Virus record (IMG/VR): IMGVR_UViG_3300045988_162372
DNA: 64,000 nucleotides
Direction: 5' to 3' (one strand)
DNA from: a virus
Part shown: positions 54,312 through 61,003 of the stretch, one piece after another
How the letters are laid out: each line of letters starts with the position of its first letter
Numbering within the stretch: the stretch's first letter is position 1
The notes under the pieces: generated by a model
The model's input: only the letters and a program-made list of their open reading frames with translations
What the model was told of the DNA's origin: nothing
Database searches by the model: none
Position numbers and translations under genes: made by a program

Positions 54312-54454
54312 AACAATAGAGAAACTTCAAAACAGTTTTTTGTATTATCAATTCTTAAAAGGAATTTGCTCTAACCGACTGAGCTAATCTGAATATCAGA
54401 TGATGGACTCGAACCACCGCTTAACGAAGTAACTGTTTTATCACTACTATTGTT
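54312..54454 (-). ncRNA. clamp module C enclosing a circularly permuted tRNA-Lys(TTT)-like body
   Basis: - strand order: leader AACAATAG-TAGTGA-TAAAACAGT-TACTTCG; TTAAGC; T arm GGTGG-TTCGAGT-CCATC; acceptor hairpin ATCTGA-TAT-TCAGAT; TA; D arm GCTC-AGTCGGTTA-GAGC; anticodon arm AATTC-CTTTTAA-GAATT; trailer AACTGTTTT-GAAGTTTCT-CTATTGTT. Confidence 0.6.
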
Positions 54455-54457
54455 TTG

Positions 54458-54528
54458 CGGGAGTAGAAGGAATCGAACCTTCACCTAATGATTAACAGTC
54501 ATTTGCTCGACCTTCGAGCTATACTCCC
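54458..54528 (-). tRNA. tRNA-Asn (GTT)
   Basis: Perfect acceptor GGGAGTA/TACTCCC, anticodon arm AATGA-CTGTTAA-TCATT, T arm GAAGG-TTCGATT-CCTTC. Confidence 0.85.
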
Positions 54529-55212
54529 AATTGTGTTTCCTCTATTATCACAACAGTAGAAACACTTAAATAGTTACTACCATAAAAAATTCATAAAAAT
54601 ATCAATTATGTGTTGTTACACCAAAATCAATATAATGCTGTAAATCCCTTTTCAGTTCAACTGGTCACTTTCATAACCAATAGCTCTACAACATTTGAAC
54701 CGTACTCCTGATTATACAAATTTATTTTAGTTATAAGTGCAAGGTTTTTATATCATCAGTTTGTGTACAAGTTTCTTTTAACATTTATCGGACTAAGTTG
54801 CGTTTCTTCCTATCACCAGAAGGCGTTAATAGATCCCGTGCGCAGATACTCATTATATGATAGCTACTCTCAAGCCTACATTTAATTGATAATTTTTATT
54901 ATATTCCCCTAACAGCACTCCTGTCAATCACTCCATCCTAAAGGTTAGAGCTTGAGCAAAGGGGATTAACCCTTTGACATGGCATATTGACAAAGGCTCT
55001 TACATGGTCTTGGAAACACCAATTCCACTTGCGTTCATAATAGACTGTTGCCCTCTTCAATATTATTAGAAGGTTCAAGATTTCTGGTTTGGGAATTAAG
55101 CTACTGTAAACCTTTGTTCGCTTTTCGTTATATTAAGTTGTTCCAATATGTCAAAGAACTCATCTTGCTTTTATCTTTGTCAAAATCTCAACTGCAACCC
55201 TTGTTTTGATTT
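54529..55212 (-). ncRNA. about 680-nt ORF-free, promoter-driven region (candidate large structured ncRNA)
   Basis: No ORF of 60 aa or more on either strand. It looks less AT-rich than ordinary spacers here. A -7 box sits at 55220-55227, and there are many local helices (for example CAAAGGG-TTAATC-CCCTTTG and GTGTTTC...GAAACAC). Confidence 0.4.
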
Positions 55213-55219
55213 GACATTG

Positions 55220-55227
55220 CAAAGATA
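55220..55227 (-). promoter_or_regulatory. Bacteroidetes -7 promoter box
   Basis: caaagata at the head of the 680-nt noncoding region and the tRNA array. Confidence 0.5.
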
Positions 55228-55288
55228 CTGCAAGTTTTTGAAATCTCCAAATTTTTATTGTTAAAAATTGTAGAATTTTCAAATTTTG

Positions 55289-55363
55289 TTGGGATTGAAG
55301 GAGTCGAACCTTCCTTTTCAGATCCAAATTCTGACGTAATCAAGACCGATATACGAAACCCCA
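55289..55363 (-). tRNA. tRNA-Gln (TTG)
   Basis: Acceptor TGGGGTT/AATCCCA, anticodon arm TCAGA-ATTTGGA-TCTGA, T arm GAAGG-TTCGACT-CCTTC. Long D loop. Confidence 0.7.
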
Positions 55364-55393
55364 ATCTTTTTCAAAGAACTCTTCTTTATTTTG

Positions 55394-55484
55394 TCAGGAT
55401 GGAGGGATTCGAACCCCCGTTTGACTGTTACATCTACTCTCCTGCTCCCAAAGCAGGCATGTTGACCTACTACACCACATCCTG
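55394..55484 (-). tRNA. 91-nt tRNA with Pro anticodon (TGG) and a 22-nt unpaired variable-region insert
   Basis: Perfect acceptor CAGGATG/CATCCTG, D arm GTGT-AGTAGGTCA-ACAT, anticodon arm CCTGC-TTTGGGA-GCAGG, insert AGAGTAGATGTAACAGTCAAAC, T arm GGGGG-TTCGAAT-CCCTC, A73. Confidence 0.55.
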
Positions 55485-55505
55485 TTTATTTTCTTTTTCA
55501 CTCTG

Positions 55506-55513
55506 CAAAGATA
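55506..55513 (-). promoter_or_regulatory. Bacteroidetes -7 promoter box
   Basis: caaagata, 22 nt upstream of the 91-nt tRNA. Confidence 0.55.
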
Positions 55514-55544
55514 CAAACAATTTTTGAAACTACCAAATATTTTC

Positions 55545-56048
55545 TCAAAAATCTTTTGTTCTTTTTCTTATTTCACAAACATCATATCCAAGCAACCCTT
55601 CATTATAACTTTCCACGTAATATACTATCCATTTATCGTAGTAATCCAATCTTGGAAAGAACGTATCAGCATCATTAACCCTTTTCTTTATTCTTGTAAG
55701 ATATATCTTATCCACAATATCCTTTTCAAGTGCTTCCTTGTAAATACTTCCACCACCTATAATATATATGTCTTTTTCATATTCCTTTGCTTTCTTCATT
55801 GCTTCTTCAAGACTGTGAACCCATATCAGATTTCCTTCGTCTTTATTGTCACTTCTACTGACAACAATGTTTATTCTATCTTTCAATGGTTTTCCAATAC
55901 TTTCATATGTTTTTCTTCCCATAATGACTACATTACTAGTCGTTAATCTTTTAAAATTTTGCATATCTTCTTTCAAATGAAAGAGAAGTTTGTTATCTTT
56001 TCCTATTGCATCATTCTCGCTTACCGCTACTATAATAATTGTTTCCAT
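55545..56048 (-). CDS. folA: dihydrofolate reductase
   Basis: 167 aa with IVAVSENDAIGKDNKL, VIMGRKTYESIG and IIGGGSIY motifs. Confidence 0.85.
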   Translation of the reverse strand: METIIIVAVSENDAIGKDNKLLFHLKEDMQNFKRLTTSNVVIMGRKTYESIGKPLKDRINIVVSRSDNKDEGNLIWVHSLEEAMKKAKEYEKDIYIIGGGSIYKEALEKDIVDKIYLTRIKKRVNDADTFFPRLDYYDKWIVYYVESYNEGLLGYDVCEIRKRTKDF

Positions 56049-56157
56049 AATCCTTTTTAAATTTTAATTACCATTACTAAATAAAGAAAGCTGTAAATTA
56101 AACTTTTTCTTTGTTTACTTACAGCTTCTGGGAATATATGTTGATTGAATTGAGGAC

Positions 56158-56322
56158 TTAATTTGTCATTTTTCGTTTTATTCCTTTCGCTGCTTTCAAC
56201 TTTTTATTTTCTGACCATGTGGGTTGTAATGGTTGATTTGCATTAAAACAAGAAATTTCATAATGATAATTTCCATTACCATTATAACTAAAACATCCGT
56301 ATGTAAATTGTTTACTGTTCAT
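56158..56322 (-). CDS. small hypothetical protein (54 aa)
   Basis: Hand-translated MNSKQFTYGCFSYNGNGNYHYEISCFNANQPLQPTWSENKKLKAAKGIKRKMTN. Confidence 0.25.
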   Translation of the reverse strand: MNSKQFTYGCFSYNGNGNYHYEISCFNANQPLQPTWSENKKLKAAKGIKRKMTN

Positions 56323-56863
56323 CTGTTTTTTCTTGTTTCTTCGTCTATTTCAAAATATAAATATATCAAACTTTTCAAAAGTTATCAATATTTTTAAAAA
56401 AATCATAATAAAAATAAAAAATATTGGGTATAGCAGCCATGTACAAACCATATAGTCAAGAAATATACTAACTAAACTACCTCATGGATTTCATCTTCCT
56501 TTTATGCTTTCATTCATTAAGCAATAGAAGAATTTAACCTTTCAGTTTTAAGGTTTCAGCCTTAATGGGGAAAATAAACGATATCAAATCTACACTCTCC
56601 CAAAAACTTTAACCTTTCAGGTTTGATATTTAATCTTTAAGCCTTGAGCTTTTCTGTTCAATCTGTCCAGAAAAATAGTCTTAACTATAATTCTCAAAAG
56701 TCTTAAAATATTATATTATCTAACCATTCAAAATTATTAACCCAAATCTTGAAAAGGGATTCCTTGTTTAAGGGTTTTCGCTATAACCAATATTTTTTTG
56801 TTCAATTGAAGTCATCCTATAAAGGATGACCTCTCTTATATATTAAACACTTCTCACAGTCTT

Positions 56864-57487
56864 TTACACCTCAACAGTTACAGTTGCATTTGCCTCAGAT
56901 AAAACAGCGTCTACCTCTGTCATAAAGCCGTCAATCTCGTTTCTCAGAGTTTCCAACTTCTGTTTTAGATTAATCGGGTCTACTGCCTTGATTGCGTTTG
57001 TTTCGTTGTAACTCTTTGTCAGAGCCTCTACTGTGCTTGCGTCCGCCTTTGAACTATCTTTACCAGTTGCACTAAGGATAAGGTTGTTCAACTTTTCCTC
57101 GTTAGTTCTACTTTCATTTTCAAACTTTGCGAGATACTCCTGATATAGACGATTCAAACGCTTGTATTCAAGCTCCTTATAAGAAATTACAGTCTTGTAG
57201 TCGATAGCCTCGGCAATTGTCATTGCCATTCCATTAACTATTACTGTATGTGTTGCATTCGCCAAAATCAAAGCCCTCTTCAAGTCATATCTACGTTGAA
57301 TAAGTGCTTCAAGAGACTCTACATCTGCCTTTGCATTAGATGTAAATTCATCTTCTGATACAGGTTTCAAGAACTTATCACCTTTCTTAATGCCAATCAC
57401 ATCAAGTTTGGCAACACCATTATTGATTCTCTTATCAAGAGTTTTCAACTCACTCAACACTCTGTGCAATGTCATCTTCTGTGTCAT
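56864..57487 (-). CDS. coiled-coil protein, possibly DIP1984/septicolysin-like
   Basis: 207 aa with a helical pattern (LHRVLSELKTLDKRI ... ILANATHTV ... MTIAEAIDYK). Weak recollection of the family. Confidence 0.3.
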   Translation of the reverse strand: MTQKMTLHRVLSELKTLDKRINNGVAKLDVIGIKKGDKFLKPVSEDEFTSNAKADVESLEALIQRRYDLKRALILANATHTVIVNGMAMTIAEAIDYKTVISYKELEYKRLNRLYQEYLAKFENESRTNEEKLNNLILSATGKDSSKADASTVEALTKSYNETNAIKAVDPINLKQKLETLRNEIDGFMTEVDAVLSEANATVTVEV

Positions 57488-57532
57488 AACAAAAAACTTT
57501 AAATGTTAAACCTAATATTTATTTTCTTTTTG

Positions 57533-57606
57533 TACCCCAAGTTGGATTCAAACCAACGGCCCACATCTTAGAAGGATGTTGCTCTATTCAACTGAGCTAT
57601 TGGGGC
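57533..57606 (-). tRNA. tRNA-Arg (TCT)
   Basis: Acceptor GCCCCAA/TTGGGGT, D arm GCTC-AGTTGAATA-GAGC, anticodon arm ACATC-CTTCTAA-GATGT, T arm GTTGG-TTTGAAT-CCAAC. Confidence 0.85.
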
Positions 57607-57626
57607 ATCCTTTTTCTTTCACGTTG

Positions 57627-57634
57627 CAAAGATA
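57627..57634 (-). promoter_or_regulatory. Bacteroidetes -7 promoter box
   Basis: caaagata, 21 nt upstream of tRNA-Arg. Confidence 0.55.
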
Positions 57635-59134
57635 CTACTTATTTTTGATACAGCCAAATTTTTCATCATAAAAATTTGTTAAAAAGATATTTTTTCTTTC
57701 TTTCCACTTGAAATTCAAGTATTTTTCCAATTCTTTGGTTGTAAAAGTTGAAAAACCTCCGTTCTTGTATCTTCCAAGAGAATGTATATAGTTTACAAAC
57801 TCGTTACTGTTTATAGTTTCTTCAACGAACTGCCTTACCTCACTACTTCTAAAATCATCCTTGGAAAGGATATAAAAACCGCTATATATCCCTGTTTCGC
57901 TACAACAATAATGTAATTTAATGTCTTCCCTTGTTTTTATCAAGTTGTTTATTGCATATTTGTTCTTGTTTACATCATTAATTGCCTGACTTCTTCCATA
58001 AAGATACCAATTTTCCTTTGCTGTATCAACTTTTAACTCGTATGCTTTTCGCAAGAGTATGTTTTGAATAGGGATACTCAATTCTTCAAATTTCAAAGGT
58101 TTTCCTTCCTTGTCATAAGGGTATATTATGCTTTGAAGTATATTTTTTGATGCCTTTGTACAAAATATCATGTTGGGGTCTCCCAAGAAACCTGCCATTT
58201 CAGACATTTTACCAATAAACAATTTGTCGTTAAGTGTAGCAAAGCCGTTTTTTACAGTAAACACTTTATCTGTTGCTTCTATATCATCAATATGCCTCAA
58301 TATACTTAATATTTCATTACATTTGAAGTAAAAATTTGATTTATCGCCAATTTTATATTCTTTCAATAGTGCATTATTAACTTCTTTACATATTCCCTCT
58401 TCATTAAAAGTATATACCTTTGTAGTTTCATTATGAAACCAATTACCAAGTTCTGTTATCATTGTAAAAGTAGTGGCTTCATTGAATACCTTTTTATGCT
58501 GCATATCGGTAATTGATATAATACCATCTTTCTCTAAGAGCCATTCCCTGAATTGTTGTGCATAAAGACTGGTAGTCCATGAGCTTGGTGTAATGTATAT
58601 GAGTTTTCCTGTATGTTTCAGCATTTTAATCCCAATCCAAAAGAACATCACATAAGAATCAAATGTACCTTTCGCATCTCCACATATCTGCTTGTATTTC
58701 AATCGTTTTTCTTGTGATAAATCATGAATTTTGCAATACGGTGGATTACCTACAACAAAATCCATTAATTTATACTTATTTAAACAATCAACAGTATCTG
58801 CATTACATATATCCCATTCAACACCTGTAATACTATACTTTGCTGCAACACTATTAAGTCTTAAAACTGTCTTTCTACATAGATTACTATCAATCTCAAT
58901 ACCATGAATATATTTTTCAAGACCTTTCTTTAATTCGTTTTTTGAAATATTCCTATCCAATATACCATGTTTGATATACCTATCAACAATTTCTGCAAGA
59001 AAAGCACCATCTCCACAACTATTATCAATAATGTGTTTATCATGTATATCTGCTGACGGTCTATACCCTATTTTGTCAAGCATCATATTGACTACCCAAT
59101 CTGGCGTAAATATTTGTTCATTGTGCATAACCAA
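57635..59134 (-). CDS. N6-adenine DNA methyltransferase (Eco57I-like gamma class)
   Basis: 499 aa. The N-terminal FTPDWVVNMM, DNSCGDGAF (AdoMet motif) and VGNPPY catalytic motif. Confidence 0.75.
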   Translation of the reverse strand: MVMHNEQIFTPDWVVNMMLDKIGYRPSADIHDKHIIDNSCGDGAFLAEIVDRYIKHGILDRNISKNELKKGLEKYIHGIEIDSNLCRKTVLRLNSVAAKYSITGVEWDICNADTVDCLNKYKLMDFVVGNPPYCKIHDLSQEKRLKYKQICGDAKGTFDSYVMFFWIGIKMLKHTGKLIYITPSSWTTSLYAQQFREWLLEKDGIISITDMQHKKVFNEATTFTMITELGNWFHNETTKVYTFNEEGICKEVNNALLKEYKIGDKSNFYFKCNEILSILRHIDDIEATDKVFTVKNGFATLNDKLFIGKMSEMAGFLGDPNMIFCTKASKNILQSIIYPYDKEGKPLKFEELSIPIQNILLRKAYELKVDTAKENWYLYGRSQAINDVNKNKYAINNLIKTREDIKLHYCCSETGIYSGFYILSKDDFRSSEVRQFVEETINSNEFVNYIHSLGRYKNGGFSTFTTKELEKYLNFKWKERKNIFLTNFYDEKFGCIKNK

Positions 59135-59241
59135 TCATTCTTACATTTTGATATTTCAATTATATTAAAAATTAAAAGTTGGTTATTATACAAACATTTA
59201 CATCCATATGACAACCAACTTGCATTCGAAATTTTCAGTGC

Positions 59242-60909
59242 TTAAATTTCAATCGCTTCTATTTCTTTCAAGATTGCACCAAAGCCCTTAGTATTGGACT
59301 TGATTACATCAAAGATGTTTGCACTCCATCCTGCAATATTCAAAACACGTTCTGGTTTGTAGAACACATTATTTCCCCTGGTGTTGTGTATATCTACTAC
59401 AATGATATTGCAAAGAGGATTAATCTTTCTGAATTGTTTTATCAAATCTTGGAATGTTGCACTTCTTTCAGTTCCACTTGTCCCGTACCAAGACGTAGAA
59501 CCGCTTGAGCCAATTTGACAATCTGAAAAGACAATGATGTTGTCAATTTTCTTCTTTTCTCTTACAGCTTGTCTAAAGAAGTCATAAATACCTTGCTCAG
59601 TTCCTCCACCACAGTTTGCACCTTTATCAAACGACCTCTTGTTGAAATCAAGCAATCTTTGGCTTCTATCAATTTTTACTGGGATAAGTCTGTCACCAAA
59701 CAATCCAATATATACATTCTTCTGACGGTATGCCATCATACTTCCAAACAAATTGCCAATCATAGCAGTAGTTGTTTTGGAAAACGCTGACACTCTTGAA
59801 CTTCCACCACCATCCCCGCGTACCGATCCCGAATGATCAATCAATATTGCAGTATTTCCTTCCAATTCTGGAATATTCTGACAAGAAATCTGCAATGCAT
59901 CTTCAATTGCATCCAGTACCTTTTCCTTCAATTTAGCAAACTCCGTAGCGGTTATTGTCTGATTGTTGTAATCTTCCTCAAATGCAATAGAGGTATCACT
60001 CTTTTTATCAGAAAAACTCATCTTTTCGATTTCCTCGTAAGCTGTTGCGAAACGGAAAGGAAGCAATCTTGAATTCAAGACAGCGGTTTCGTTTGTCAAC
60101 TGTGCGCAAGCATCATCTACGCTCTTAGGCGCATAAAGAATAATGTTTCTCAGATTTCTCAAGAGATTCATTATAGGCATACCCTTAACATTAGACAATA
60201 CGTTTTCGATTGCCTCTTTCTTGGCAGCTTCTTTCTCTTGCACACTCTTCCCTTGTGTCTTTTGTCCTGCCTTTGTCATTTCCTTTTCCAACACCTTTGA
60301 GGCATACAGTCCTGCAAGTGATTCACCATTGACAAGGTTGTGATAAGCCTGTTGGTTTCTCTGTGTCCCCTTTGGATGGAAAAGATTAACCAAATCAAGC
60401 ATTTTAACCTGACGACTGTTCATCTTGTACTTATCAATCTGATAAACATCCAAACGCTCCAATGCAGTCTTAAAACCTTTCTTGATAGCATTAGGTATTT
60501 TTCTGATTTTCTTCAAATCCATCTTGTTCTGAACAGCATAGGCTGACAGAATTTCAGACATATCATCTGGACGAACAACAATCTTATTGTAGAATCTCTT
60601 CGACCATTCTGTACCAGATGCTCTCTTTGCAATTGTTGCTGCAATCAAATGTGATACTGAACGTAGATTTCCTTCATTACGCACGTATAGTGCCAACTTT
60701 GCGGCGAACAAAGGATCCACCTCGTTCAACTTGTTCACAATTCTGTTTACAACTTCCTTTTCTGTCTCGTAATAATGATCACCAGACAAGAATGTTGTCA
60801 TACAAGTTGATACCAACTCTTCTTTTGCTGAAAGTTGATATGCGTTCTCACCCATTGCATTTACTACTGTAGGCTTTACGCCTTCTGCTTTTGCGTTGTA
60901 CTTACTCAT
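59242..60909 (-). CDS. rsr: Ro60 ortholog (TROVE domain + vWA domain)
   Basis: 555 aa. The N-terminal NAMGENAYQLSAKEEL...FYE...DPLFAAKLALYVRNEGNLR is TROVE-like. The C-terminal vWA has the MIDAS motif LIDHSGSVRG. Confidence 0.7.
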   Translation of the reverse strand: MSKYNAKAEGVKPTVVNAMGENAYQLSAKEELVSTCMTTFLSGDHYYETEKEVVNRIVNKLNEVDPLFAAKLALYVRNEGNLRSVSHLIAATIAKRASGTEWSKRFYNKIVVRPDDMSEILSAYAVQNKMDLKKIRKIPNAIKKGFKTALERLDVYQIDKYKMNSRQVKMLDLVNLFHPKGTQRNQQAYHNLVNGESLAGLYASKVLEKEMTKAGQKTQGKSVQEKEAAKKEAIENVLSNVKGMPIMNLLRNLRNIILYAPKSVDDACAQLTNETAVLNSRLLPFRFATAYEEIEKMSFSDKKSDTSIAFEEDYNNQTITATEFAKLKEKVLDAIEDALQISCQNIPELEGNTAILIDHSGSVRGDGGGSSRVSAFSKTTTAMIGNLFGSMMAYRQKNVYIGLFGDRLIPVKIDRSQRLLDFNKRSFDKGANCGGGTEQGIYDFFRQAVREKKKIDNIIVFSDCQIGSSGSTSWYGTSGTERSATFQDLIKQFRKINPLCNIIVVDIHNTRGNNVFYKPERVLNIAGWSANIFDVIKSNTKGFGAILKEIEAIEI

Positions 60910-60961
60910 AACTTCTCACTGTTTTAATAGTTATTAAAAAGAAATTTTCCAAATCACACTG

Positions 60962-60969
60962 CAAAAATA
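60962..60969 (-). promoter_or_regulatory. Bacteroidetes -7 promoter box
   Basis: caaaaata, 53 nt upstream of the rsr start. Confidence 0.5.
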
Positions 60970-61003
60970 CGACTAATTTTTGATATTACCAAATATCTAA
61001 TAG

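Noticed and set aside
50010-54454. Clamp internal loop as a kink-turn, a hammerhead or other known small ribozyme, or an integron attC-like site
   Set aside because: No tandem G-A partner strand for a kink-turn. No CUGANGA/GAAA hammerhead core. The halves flank the cargo rather than forming one attC hairpin, and no RYYYAAC/GTTRRRY boxes are present.
54529-55212. tmRNA or RNase P RNA
   Set aside because: No tRNA-like 5'/3' acceptor pairing with a T arm at the ends, no tag-peptide ORF ending in a typical tag, and no GGAAAGUCC-type RNase P core seen by eye.
50189-55527. Track ORFs lying over the tRNA island (50189-50392, 50794-51042, 52400-52597, 52979-53297, 54035-54374, 55258-55527)
   Set aside because: They are + or - strand read-throughs of tRNA genes. 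The recurring GIEP/GFEP/GLEP peptides are translated T arms. They overlap well-folded tRNAs.
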